In this document: one piece after another, positions 26,849-36,285 of the stretch
How the letters are laid out: the number at the start of each line of letters is the position of its first letter
Numbering within the stretch: position 1 is the first letter of the stretch
Virus record (IMG/VR): IMGVR_UViG_3300048574_000518
Span: 1-46,460 of that record
Reading direction: 5' to 3' (one strand)
Source: a virus
Lineage: Duplodnaviria; Caudoviricetes
DNA: 46,460 bases
Notes under the pieces: generated by a model
Told to the model about the DNA's origin: nothing
The model's input: the letters and a program-made list of their open reading frames with translations, nothing else
Database searches by the model: none
Program-made: the position numbers and the translations under genes

Positions 26849-27799
26849 ATGGCGACGCGTCCTGTCGCTCCTAGCTCAATTCCGCCGCTCAACCTGAACT
26901 TTCAATTTGTGGATGTCGGCGGCTATCTGACGCCAACAGCTATCCGCGCCCTGCAGGACATATTTCTGGTTATCCAGGGGGCCGGCGGTCTGCTTGATCT
27001 GAGCGTTGACACTCAGCAGCCAAACGTCGGCGCTGTCTCTTCGTTGCAAGGAGAAATTGACGCCCTGTACGCGCAGATAGCGCTACTGCCTGCAACCTTG
27101 CGGTCTGAAATTATAGGATATATCCGCGCGGCGGTCGAAGAAGCGTCTCTGCTGGCGCCGCCCCGTCCTGTTATCGGAACTATTGCGGCACAGAATGCCG
27201 ACAATGTCGCTATTACCGGCGGCTCGATTGACGGAGCGACGATAGGCGGCACAACTGCCGCGGCCGGTACGTTCAGTGGTCTCACCCTCACCACGTCCAG
27301 CGGTAGCGTGTTCGGCACGGTCGAAGCGCATTCCGATACGGGGACGCAGGTCGGCCAGTTCGCCGGCCTCAAGTCTCGCGGCACGAAGTCGAGCAAGACG
27401 GGCGTCCAGACTAGCGACCGGTTGTTCGCCTTTTTTGTCGCTGGCTATACGGATGCGGCGGCCTACGGGTCGAATTCCGGTGCGTTCCTGTTTTCCGCGC
27501 GGGAGAACTTCACATCGTCGGCGCTCGGAACGCAACTCACGATCGAGTTGTCCAAGACCGGCGCGACGGCGCGAACCACGGTGGCGACGTTCACTGGTGA
27601 TGGTGTGGCCGTCACGGGGTTTGTGAGCGCGACGCAGTACGTCAAGCCCGGCTCGTTCACGGTCGCGACTGTTCCAAGCGCGGCGACGGCGGGGGCCGGG
27701 GCGATCATTTATGTCAGCAACGAAACAGGCGGGGCGGTCATCGCGTTCAGCGACGGCGCAAACTGGAAGCGCGTCACCGACCGCGCAAACATCAGTTAG
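26849..27799 (+). CDS. Tail needle/fibre protein
   Basis: QNADNVAITGGSIDGATIG fibre motif; C-terminal AFSDGANWKRV. Confidence 0.65.
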   Translation: MATRPVAPSSIPPLNLNFQFVDVGGYLTPTAIRALQDIFLVIQGAGGLLDLSVDTQQPNVGAVSSLQGEIDALYAQIALLPATLRSEIIGYIRAAVEEASLLAPPRPVIGTIAAQNADNVAITGGSIDGATIGGTTAAAGTFSGLTLTTSSGSVFGTVEAHSDTGTQVGQFAGLKSRGTKSSKTGVQTSDRLFAFFVAGYTDAAAYGSNSGAFLFSARENFTSSALGTQLTIELSKTGATARTTVATFTGDGVAVTGFVSATQYVKPGSFTVATVPSAATAGAGAIIYVSNETGGAVIAFSDGANWKRVTDRANIS

Positions 27800-27806
27800 G
27801 GCGGCC

Positions 27807-28073
27807 ATGTTCGAAGAAGTCTCATATGTCGAGCGCGTGCTGATCGTTCTTAATCCAGACGGGACGCTGAAAGGCGCTCATCAGGAGACGTTGAACGAGG
27901 TCAGGAAGGATGGCGCCGTGATTGCAACTCAGTATCTCCCGGCGGCTCCGCTCGACGCCGAGGCGTTGAAAGCGATCCTCCCGGACCGTGCGGCGGCCAT
28001 CGCACAGGCGGCCAATTTACAGGACGTTGTCGCAACGCTGTCGCAGGCGCTGGCGGACAAGAACGAGGGTTGA
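27807..28073 (+). CDS. Hypothetical tail-associated protein
   Basis: MFEEVSYVERVLI...; fits the operon. Confidence 0.6.
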   Translation: MFEEVSYVERVLIVLNPDGTLKGAHQETLNEVRKDGAVIATQYLPAAPLDAEALKAILPDRAAAIAQAANLQDVVATLSQALADKNEG

Positions 28074-28074
28074 C

Positions 28075-28410
28075 ATGGGTATCACGCCGAAGGCGCTTGT
28101 AACGCCGCAGCAGATCGCCAACGCGACGACGACGTATTACACATCGACCGGGCTGCGTACGCGCATCGATAAGCTTACGGTGACTAACCCGACCGCTGGC
28201 GCGGCGACGGTGACGATCTATCTTGTTCCGTCCGGCGGCTCGGCGGGCGACTCGACGACGATCAGCAAGACGAAGTCAGTGGCGTCTCTGGAGACGTGGA
28301 ACTGCCCTGACGTTGTTGGGCACATTCTTGAAGCCGGCGGCACATTGCAGGCCGTCGCATCGGCGGCGACGACACTGACGCTTGCGGTGAGTGGGGCGCA
28401 ACTGTCGTGA
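28075..28410 (+). CDS. Hypothetical virion protein
   Basis: Thr-rich beta pattern; GAGGG RBS. Confidence 0.65.
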   Translation: MGITPKALVTPQQIANATTTYYTSTGLRTRIDKLTVTNPTAGAATVTIYLVPSGGSAGDSTTISKTKSVASLETWNCPDVVGHILEAGGTLQAVASAATTLTLAVSGAQLS

Positions 28411-28826
28411 TTCGTGAAGCAGTGTTGGCGGACATTCCGCGGCTTGTGGAAATGGGTCGCCAATTCTTCGACGCGTCCGGTATGGCGCGGTTCACTAAAT
28501 TCGACTTGGCTGATGCGAGTAAGTTCTTGCGCAGCATGATCGAGAGTGAATCGGCAGCTATCTTTGTTCATGATGAAGGCGCTATCGGCGGCGTGCTGAC
28601 GCCTTGGTATTCGTGCAGCGCATCGTTGAACGCAGCGGAGATGTTCTGGTGGGCCAAGAAAAACGGCCTTCCCTTGCTGCGCTCATTCGAGCAATGGGCC
28701 AAGGTCAAAGGGGCTCATTGCGTGACCGTCAGCTCTCTTGAGGCTCTTGAGGCCGCCCGCGTCGGAAGGGTTTACGCCCGCATGGGCTACGAGCCTACCG
28801 AACGAACCTATGTGAAGGTGCTATAA
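28407..28826 (+). CDS. GNAT-fold protein preceding ejection genes
   Basis: MIREAVLADIPRLVEMG...LLRSFEQWAK...YARMGY. Confidence 0.75.
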   Translation: MIREAVLADIPRLVEMGRQFFDASGMARFTKFDLADASKFLRSMIESESAAIFVHDEGAIGGVLTPWYSCSASLNAAEMFWWAKKNGLPLLRSFEQWAKVKGAHCVTVSSLEALEAARVGRVYARMGYEPTERTYVKVL

Positions 28827-29692
28827 TGGCTATTGGAACTGGTGCAGCCATCCTTGGCGCGTCGGCTCTTGGGGCAGGGGCTTCGCTGCTTAGCGGATCG
28901 AAACAGGCTGATGCGTCTGAGAAAGCGGCAGAGTCGTCGGAACGCGCGGCCATGGCTGGCATCCAGACGCAACGCGATTTCGCACAGCAGGCCCGCATCG
29001 ACGCTTACCCGTGGATGCTCGGCGGGGCGCAAGCCTATTACAAACTCATGGACGAGATGGGTGTTTCGCGTCCAGTTAACCCGATCCTTCCAGACCTATC
29101 TCAAGGCCCGCTCGGGACAGGTGGCACATCGACTCAGTCAAACGCGCTGACTTCAAGCAGTGCAACGGCCGGAACATCAACCGGCACCGCGTCAGGCGTC
29201 ACCCCCGTCAGCGACATTGCATTTACGTCAGGAACGGGATTTCGCGAGACCCCTGGTTACCAATTCCAAGTGAGTGAGGGCGAGAAGGGAATTATCAATA
29301 ACCTTGGCGCTCTCGGTCTTCGCGGATCTGGTGCAGCGCTCAAGGAATTGACAAAATACCGCATGGGTGTGGCCGATCAGACGTATGGCAATTACCTTAA
29401 TCGGCTGTCATCGCTTGCCGGTGTTGGTCAGACGACAACGCAGAATACCAACAACCTGATGTCTGGATATGCGTCAAATATTTCGTCGGGGCAGCAGGCG
29501 GCCGGAAATGCACAAGCGTCTGGATATCTTGGCACCGCGAACGCGTGGAGTAATGCGCTATCTGGCGCTACAAACTCGCTAGGTTGGGGTGCTGGCACGC
29601 TGGCAAAATCTGGAACAAACTCTTTGTTGTCTGGGACAAACTATTTGTCATCTGGGACATCTGATCCTACGCGGATTGGGAGCCTATACTGA
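28826..29692 (+). CDS. DNA ejection protein (P22 gp7-like)
   Basis: Hydrophobic Gly/Ala N-terminus; FRETPGYQF...GLRGSGAALKEL...YLNRLSSLAGVG. Confidence 0.8.
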   Translation: MAIGTGAAILGASALGAGASLLSGSKQADASEKAAESSERAAMAGIQTQRDFAQQARIDAYPWMLGGAQAYYKLMDEMGVSRPVNPILPDLSQGPLGTGGTSTQSNALTSSSATAGTSTGTASGVTPVSDIAFTSGTGFRETPGYQFQVSEGEKGIINNLGALGLRGSGAALKELTKYRMGVADQTYGNYLNRLSSLAGVGQTTTQNTNNLMSGYASNISSGQQAAGNAQASGYLGTANAWSNALSGATNSLGWGAGTLAKSGTNSLLSGTNYLSSGTSDPTRIGSLY

Positions 29693-30792
29693 TGGCTGAC
29701 ATCAACGCCCTTATTGCCAGCGGCGGCAATGCTCCGAACCCAGGCACGTCGCTCGTCGCCGGATTCTCTGCCGGCCAACAGCAGCGCATGGTTGCCGACA
29801 AGCAGCAGCGAGAGGCTGCGATGCAGGGTTTGTCCTTGATCGGCTCAGTGTCTCTCGGAGCGATGGGCGGCAAGATCGACGGCACGCCGGACCCGCAGAA
29901 GTACGAACAGGGCTTGGACTTCCTCGCCTCGCGCGGGATTAACGTGGAAGCCTACCGCGGCAAGCCGCAGCTTGCCCCGATTGCGGCCCGTGCGTCGATG
30001 ACGACGGCGCAGCAGTTGGCGCAAGGCGCGGACGTGCGGAAGGCGCTGCTGGACTTTCAGCTCAAGCTGAAGGAGATCGATTATCGAGAGGAAGCCGCGG
30101 CAAAGCGTGAGCCGGAAGCCGTGAGACAACTACGGGCGGCCGGCGTAGACCCGAAGTCGCCAGAGGGGCGCAGGATGCTGTCGCCGCGCGCCGATACGCC
30201 GCTCTCGCCGACCGACAAGAAAGCCATCTTTGATGCCGAGAACGACATTCCTAGGCTTGAAGCCACTATCAAGAACATTGAGCGCGCGAAGGAGCTGAAC
30301 CCGAACGTCTATTCCGGGTATACCGCAAGTATGCGGGGAGCCCTTGGCGCGAAGCTGCCCGATATGGTCGTGCCGGATTTCATCGCAACGCCGGAAGGTG
30401 GCAAGGCCACATCCGAGTGGGATCAGTTGATGGGCTCTGAAGCCATCAAAATGATGAGCGAAACCCTCAAGGGCGCTTCCACTGATTTCGAGATGAGGAA
30501 GTTCCTTTCGATTGCCGCCGACACATCGCAGCCGGCCGACGTTCGTGAGCGCGCGATGGACAGGTTTGTTTCTCTCGCGAAACAGGAGCTGGCGTTGCGT
30601 CAGACGCGCGCCCGCGACCTGCGAACGGGGACGTACTTCAAGCCGCAAGGCGCGTCGGAAGGAGCCACCCGCTCAGAGACCCCGTCTATTCCGCAGGCTG
30701 CCGCGGACTATCTCAAGGAAAACCCCGGCCTCCGCGATCAGTTCGACGCGAAGTACGGGGCCGGCTCGGCTGCTAAGGTTTTGGGGCAGTAG
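29692..30792 (+). CDS. DNA ejection protein (second)
   Basis: Helical 366 aa between gp7-like and large ejection genes. Confidence 0.65.
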   Translation: MADINALIASGGNAPNPGTSLVAGFSAGQQQRMVADKQQREAAMQGLSLIGSVSLGAMGGKIDGTPDPQKYEQGLDFLASRGINVEAYRGKPQLAPIAARASMTTAQQLAQGADVRKALLDFQLKLKEIDYREEAAAKREPEAVRQLRAAGVDPKSPEGRRMLSPRADTPLSPTDKKAIFDAENDIPRLEATIKNIERAKELNPNVYSGYTASMRGALGAKLPDMVVPDFIATPEGGKATSEWDQLMGSEAIKMMSETLKGASTDFEMRKFLSIAADTSQPADVRERAMDRFVSLAKQELALRQTRARDLRTGTYFKPQGASEGATRSETPSIPQAAADYLKENPGLRDQFDAKYGAGSAAKVLGQ

Positions 30793-33357
30793 ATGGCGAA
30801 CGCCTTCGACCAATTCGACGCGCCGGCCGGACGACCGCGCATCACGGTCACGCCACGGCAGGACTACAGCGGCGCAATCTCGTCTATCGAGAGCGGCGGC
30901 CGTTATGACTTGGTCGGACCCGAGACCGGCAAGGGCCGCGCGCTTGGCAAATATCAGGTCATGGACTTCAACGTCGGCCCGTGGACGCAGGAGGTGTTCG
31001 GTCGCGCCTTGTCGCCGCAGGAGTTCTTGGCGAGCCCTCAGGCCCAAGACGCGGTGTTCCAGCACAAATTCGGACAGTACGCTCAAAAGTACGGCCCCGA
31101 AGGTGCGGCGCGGGCGTGGTTTGCCGGCGAGCGTGGGATGAACGACCCGACCCGGCGGGATGTGCTCGGGACGACGGTTGCCGACTATTCCAGGAAATTC
31201 ACCTCTGCCATGGGCCGGGGAGGGGGGCAGGATCAGGCCATGTCCTTCGCCACCACGGCTGAGGCCCCCACGTTTCCGCCTCCTCCAGCGCCCGCTAAAG
31301 CGCAGCAGAGGGCCAATCCGTTCGATCAGTTCGACGGGGCGGCTCCCGCGTCGGAAGTTATCCCCGACAATGAACGAGCGGCCAACAAGGAATTGTCCGA
31401 CATCACATCCGGCTTTGGAGATGTCGGGCAGGGCCGGGCCTTGGCCGAGGGCGTTCTGTCGGGAGTGTCGGCCAACTTCCGTGACGAGGTGTACGGTGCT
31501 TCGAAGGCTTCCGGCCTACCTGAGTGGATGGGCGGGTTCCGCGCGCCCATAGGCGCGGCTCGTCTCGCCTATGAAGGGATTACGGGCCAGCCTGGCAGCG
31601 CAACGCAAGCCTACGAAGCTGGCAAGGGCGAGATCAGGGCCGTGCAAAAGGCCGCACAGGAGCAGTACCCAGGAACGACGCTTGCCGGGAATATAGCGGG
31701 GGCCGTTGCGCTACCCGTTGGTGGTGTCATGAATGCCGCGACTCTACCGGGGCGGATCGGGCGTAGCGCGGCAGTCGGTGCCGCTTATGGCGGCGCGGCC
31801 GGCGCTGGCGAGGGCGATGGATTTAGCGACCGCGCGACGCGTGCGGCCGGCGGGGCGGCATTGGGTGGCGCCATCGGGGGCGTCGCGGCTCCTGTTCTAG
31901 AGGGGGCGATCCGTGGCGGGGCGGCATTGGCTAGGCCGGCTGCCTCAATGGTTCGTGGCTTGGTAAATCCAGAGGCAGAAGCCGCGCGTCGCGTGCTCAC
32001 AGGCATATCGCGAGATGTCAAAAGCGGCGATGCTGGCATGGACGCGGCAGAGTTCGCCGCAGCGCGTGCGGCCGGTCAACCGGCGGCGGTGGTTGACCTT
32101 GGTGGCAACACCACAAGGGCACTCGCCCGTTCAGCAGCCAATACATCACCGGAAGGCCGGGCGGCGCTTGAGCGTCTAACCAATGATCGATTTGAGGGGC
32201 AGGGGTCGAGGGTCGTCGACTTTGTGACAACTCTCGTCCGCACGCCAGCCAATGCCGGGAAAACCCGTGAAGCATTGGAGCAGGCCGCCCGCACGGCGCG
32301 GAAGCCATTTTATGATCGCGCCTATCGCGATGGCGCTGGTGGCATCGTGACGCCTGAGATAAGCCAGATTGCCGGCGCTCCGATTATGAAGGCCGCAATG
32401 AATGAGGCGTTGGTGTCTGTCCAGAACAAGACGGCATCCGGTCGCGCGTTGAACGTGTTGAGCCCGTCAGGAAAGCCGACGCTTGAATTCTGGGATCAGG
32501 TCAAGCGCAGCCTCGATAGCAAAATTAGTGTTCTGCGACGGCAGGGAGACAAAGAAGCTACAGCCGACGCCGAGACGATAAAAAACACACTAGTCAATGT
32601 ACTTGACCGCGAAGTTCCGAGCTATGGCGTCGCGCGTGGTGTCGCCGCAAGCTTCTTCAAGGCAGACAGCGCGCTTGAGGCCGGAGAGAAGTTCGTAACG
32701 CAGAATTTTGCAACGCATGAGGTTCGTCGGGCGCTATCGAAAATGACGCCTGAGGAGCGCGATCTGTTCGCAGAGGGCTTTGTGTCCCGCATGGTCGAGA
32801 TGATCGACAAAACGGGAGACCGGCGCAATGTGCTCAACACAATCGCCAATTCAAAAGCTGCTCGGGAGAAAATCGAGCTTGCCATTGGAGCCAACCGCGC
32901 AAAAGAGCTAGAGGTATTTCTTCGGCGTGAAAGCATTATGGATCAGATGCGGGGGGCTCTCGGCAATTCGACGACCGCCCGGCAATTGATCGAGGCCGGG
33001 CTTGCTGGCGGGGCCTATGGTGCCGTAACCGGTGATTTCAGTGTCGGGAACGTCGCGACAGGCGCTGGTGCGTTCGCTGCTGCCAGGGCCGGGGCAAAGT
33101 TCGCCGGCCAGCGGATAGATCAGAACGTTGCCCGCCGCGTCGCGGATATGCTCGCCTCCCATGATCCCAAGGTGCTGCAAAAGGGCCTCCGCCTCGTCGC
33201 CAACAATGCCAGTCTCATGAAGGCCGTCCGCCGTGCTGATGACTATGCGGCGCGAATTGGCGGTTTTCAATCTGGGGGCGCTCCGCTTTTGCAGGCGCCA
33301 TCCGTAAGCCGCGCCGAAGAAGACAAGCCAAGCGTTCCACGGCCACCAGGCCAGTAA
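30793..33357 (+). CDS. Large ejection protein with N-terminal lysozyme-like domain
   Basis: IESGGRY...ALGKYQVM...AARAWFAG; Gly/Ala-rich membrane segments. Confidence 0.75.
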   Translation: MANAFDQFDAPAGRPRITVTPRQDYSGAISSIESGGRYDLVGPETGKGRALGKYQVMDFNVGPWTQEVFGRALSPQEFLASPQAQDAVFQHKFGQYAQKYGPEGAARAWFAGERGMNDPTRRDVLGTTVADYSRKFTSAMGRGGGQDQAMSFATTAEAPTFPPPPAPAKAQQRANPFDQFDGAAPASEVIPDNERAANKELSDITSGFGDVGQGRALAEGVLSGVSANFRDEVYGASKASGLPEWMGGFRAPIGAARLAYEGITGQPGSATQAYEAGKGEIRAVQKAAQEQYPGTTLAGNIAGAVALPVGGVMNAATLPGRIGRSAAVGAAYGGAAGAGEGDGFSDRATRAAGGAALGGAIGGVAAPVLEGAIRGGAALARPAASMVRGLVNPEAEAARRVLTGISRDVKSGDAGMDAAEFAAARAAGQPAAVVDLGGNTTRALARSAANTSPEGRAALERLTNDRFEGQGSRVVDFVTTLVRTPANAGKTREALEQAARTARKPFYDRAYRDGAGGIVTPEISQIAGAPIMKAAMNEALVSVQNKTASGRALNVLSPSGKPTLEFWDQVKRSLDSKISVLRRQGDKEATADAETIKNTLVNVLDREVPSYGVARGVAASFFKADSALEAGEKFVTQNFATHEVRRALSKMTPEERDLFAEGFVSRMVEMIDKTGDRRNVLNTIANSKAAREKIELAIGANRAKELEVFLRRESIMDQMRGALGNSTTARQLIEAGLAGGAYGAVTGDFSVGNVATGAGAFAAARAGAKFAGQRIDQNVARRVADMLASHDPKVLQKGLRLVANNASLMKAVRRADDYAARIGGFQSGGAPLLQAPSVSRAEEDKPSVPRPPGQ

Positions 33358-33377
33358 AACAACGGCGGTCAGGTAGA

Positions 33378-33740
33378 TCAGCAGGCCAATCGCTCGGGCC
33401 ATCGCGCCTCAACCACGATCCATTGAGCGCCGCGACGCTCAGCGATGAAACTGATCAGGCACCCCGGCGAGCTGACCACAGCTGCGGGGGATGTCTGCGT
33501 GTTGATGAAAGCGGTGTTGCCGATCACGTTGACGGTTCCGCTCGAATACTGAGGTGCAACGAACGTTCCGCCACCCCAGTGGTACTGATAGGCCCGTCGG
33601 CCGTCCGGCATTTCGACAACATTGGCCGGCTTCCCGTTATCCAATTCCAAGGCAACCACGTCTTGGCCGACATACTGCTTTGCAAACTGTGACGCGCATC
33701 CTGTTAGCAAAAGCGCGCTGAACAGCACTAGCCCCCTCAT
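33378..33740 (-). CDS. Lipoprotein (antisense moron)
   Basis: Lipobox MRGLVLFSALLLTGC; GGAG RBS. Confidence 0.8.
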   Translation of the reverse strand: MRGLVLFSALLLTGCASQFAKQYVGQDVVALELDNGKPANVVEMPDGRRAYQYHWGGGTFVAPQYSSGTVNVIGNTAFINTQTSPAAVVSSPGCLISFIAERRGAQWIVVEARWPERLAC

Positions 33741-33755
33741 TCGACCGTCTCCCTG

Positions 33756-33777
33756 GCCCGCCATAGCGCGGGCTTTC
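33756..33777 (+). terminator. Hairpin/weak terminator before tailspike
   Basis: GCCCGC-N6-GCGGGC-TTTC. Confidence 0.4.
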
Positions 33778-33796
33778 GTCGTTCGGAGCCCTGAAA

Positions 33797-36148
33797 ATGC
33801 CCCTTTACTTCAACCCGGTTCAGCAGGAATCCGGCTCATCCGGCGCGTCCCTCTCCGGGGCCAAGCTCTATTTCTACACCTCCGGGACCACGACCGACAA
33901 GACGGTCTATCAGGACAGCACCCTATCTACTCCACATGCACAGCCTGTAGTCGCAGACGCGACCGGAAGGTTCGATGCGATCTACATGAGTAAGACCACC
34001 TATAAAGTGGTGCTCAAAGACTCCGCAGACGTCACGATCTGGACTGTTGACCCGTACGTGGCAGAGGACTCTGTCGCGACCTATTCGACCTATACCGACC
34101 TTCGCAACGCCAGCCCCGACACGGGGGATATCGCCTATCTTCTCGGGTACAGTTCCGCTGGCGACGGGGGCGGCGGCTATTTCCGTTGGGATGGGGCCTC
34201 GTCTGCAACCCACAACGGCGGCACCATCATTCAGCTTGCGGCCGGCGGCACGGGTCGCTGGTTGCGCATCTATTCCGGCTATGTCGAGCCGGCGTGGTTC
34301 GGCGCGGTCGACGATGGAGCGACAGACTCGACAACCGCGTTTTCTGCCGCTCTCGGCGTCGGCAGCGTCAAGCTCCGCTCTCAGAGCTACGTGATCGAGA
34401 CCATAACCGTAGCGTCAACGCGTGCGATTGTGTCGGAAGAAAAGCCGACCCTCAAGCACAAGGCGAACGCAAGTAGCGGAATGTTCGTGGTCACCAGTGC
34501 CGCAAGTTTCACGCTCGATGGCATCACCTTCGACGGCAACAAAACGAACCTGACGACCGACCGCGACATTGTCACTCTTACGTCTTGCACTGACTTTGTC
34601 GCCCGCAATTGCACGTTCGCGGATGCTTCAAAGCGAACGGTCGGCGGTGGCGTTACCGGGAAAGCCCATTTTGTCAACTGCACGATCACCGGCTCTGACG
34701 ATTACCCGATCCAGATTTCCGGCTCGAACGACATGCTAGTTGAGGGGTGCACTATCACGTTCCCCAGCACTGGAACCCCTACAGGCGCCAACGTCCGCGC
34801 CATTCAGCCGACAAGCGTCACCAATTTCCGCGCTCTCGGCAACTACATCAGCACCGGCCGAAAGTACCGCGATGGCATATGGATGACCGGCGTTAGTTAC
34901 TTCACCATCGCCGGCAACACCATCGAAGAGACGGAAGATGATCAGGTCTCTTGCGGCGAGTGTCTATACGGGACAATCACCGGAAATTCTCTTTCCGGAT
35001 CGAACACCACTGGCGGCGTCGTCCTTCTCGACGGAGGCAATGGTGTCTACAATCAGGATATTTCTATCGTCGGAAACACCATCAGCGACGGCGCTCATGG
35101 CATCTACATCTTTCTCAGCAAGCGCATCATCGTTTCCGCAAACACAATCTATGACTTCGAGAACGGCGTTATCTGCGCAACGGCCTCGCCGTCCGATGAT
35201 CTCCTGGTGTCAGCCAACACCATGTTCGGAATAACCGTAAATGCTGTCGATGTCGGGGCTACACCAAACGTTATTGTGGCCAATAACAAGCTTCGCGGAT
35301 CGACCGGAACGTATGGCGTGACCGGGACTGTTGGGTCGACGATCATCGCCAGAGGGAACGACGTTTCCGGCTTCACCACGTTCTACAATACAACCTATGT
35401 CAATTTTGTCCACCACAACACGACTGGCGTGGGCATCAATACAAACAATCCGGCCGCATCACTTCATCTTCTCAAGGCCGCTGCGCTTAATTTTCTGATC
35501 GAGTCTACAGCAAGCGCGCCGGCCTACGTTCAGATGAAAAACACAGACCGGGACTGGTCGCTTGGATGCTATGCAGGCGGTAAATTCCAGATATCAGACA
35601 ACACGGCCGGCGCGTATCGGGTGGCAATCGACTCGACGGGCCAGACTGGGTTTAAAACCACGAGCCCGTCGTACACGGTCGATGTCAATGGCACGCTCAA
35701 CTGTAGCGGCGCTTTGTCGAAGGGCAGCGGCACGTTTCTTATCGATCACCCGCTCGACCCGGAAAACAAAGACCTCTACCACGGGTTTGTCGAGGCCCCC
35801 CGCTACGATCTTATCTATCGCGGGCGCGTGAAGCTTGATGGCGGGAAAGCAACGGTGTCAATCGACGCCGTCAGCCGCATGACGCCCGGCACGTTCGCCG
35901 CTCTCACGCAGCAGGCCGAAGTCTCCTCCCTCTGCAATCGCACCGGCTTCACGCGTGTTCGCGCCTCGGAAATCATCGACGGCACTTTTACCATCACAAG
36001 TGAGGACGACACCTCTACCGACGAGGTGTCGTGGATCGTCATGGCTGAGCGTGCCGACGCCTTCATTCGCTACGGCGAGGGCACCCACACGGATGAAGAC
36101 GGCCGCATGATTCCAGAGTGGGACAAGCCGGAATACGTGGAGCAATGA
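33797..36148 (+). CDS. Tailspike (anchor + pectate-lyase-like beta-helix + C-terminal domain)
   Basis: GAKLYFYTSGTTT anchor; WFGAVDDGATDST; GN-rich repeats; C-terminal FLIDHPLDP...LYHGFVE. Confidence 0.85.
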   Translation: MPLYFNPVQQESGSSGASLSGAKLYFYTSGTTTDKTVYQDSTLSTPHAQPVVADATGRFDAIYMSKTTYKVVLKDSADVTIWTVDPYVAEDSVATYSTYTDLRNASPDTGDIAYLLGYSSAGDGGGGYFRWDGASSATHNGGTIIQLAAGGTGRWLRIYSGYVEPAWFGAVDDGATDSTTAFSAALGVGSVKLRSQSYVIETITVASTRAIVSEEKPTLKHKANASSGMFVVTSAASFTLDGITFDGNKTNLTTDRDIVTLTSCTDFVARNCTFADASKRTVGGGVTGKAHFVNCTITGSDDYPIQISGSNDMLVEGCTITFPSTGTPTGANVRAIQPTSVTNFRALGNYISTGRKYRDGIWMTGVSYFTIAGNTIEETEDDQVSCGECLYGTITGNSLSGSNTTGGVVLLDGGNGVYNQDISIVGNTISDGAHGIYIFLSKRIIVSANTIYDFENGVICATASPSDDLLVSANTMFGITVNAVDVGATPNVIVANNKLRGSTGTYGVTGTVGSTIIARGNDVSGFTTFYNTTYVNFVHHNTTGVGINTNNPAASLHLLKAAALNFLIESTASAPAYVQMKNTDRDWSLGCYAGGKFQISDNTAGAYRVAIDSTGQTGFKTTSPSYTVDVNGTLNCSGALSKGSGTFLIDHPLDPENKDLYHGFVEAPRYDLIYRGRVKLDGGKATVSIDAVSRMTPGTFAALTQQAEVSSLCNRTGFTRVRASEIIDGTFTITSEDDTSTDEVSWIVMAERADAFIRYGEGTHTDEDGRMIPEWDKPEYVEQ

Positions 36149-36285
36149 CCATGGCAGAAATCATCGACGACGCAAAGGTGGGGAAGCGCGGCTACCCCCG
36201 CCATTGGCGAGAGCTTGGACGTGAGCCTCCGAAAAAGGAGGCCCCGGAAAAGACCCAGGAGCAGAAGACGGAGGATAAGGTTTGA
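36145..36285 (+). CDS. Small charged protein (46 aa)
   Basis: ATGA overlap upstream and TTGA overlap downstream. Confidence 0.5.
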   Translation: MTMAEIIDDAKVGKRGYPRHWRELGREPPKKEAPEKTQEQKTEDKV

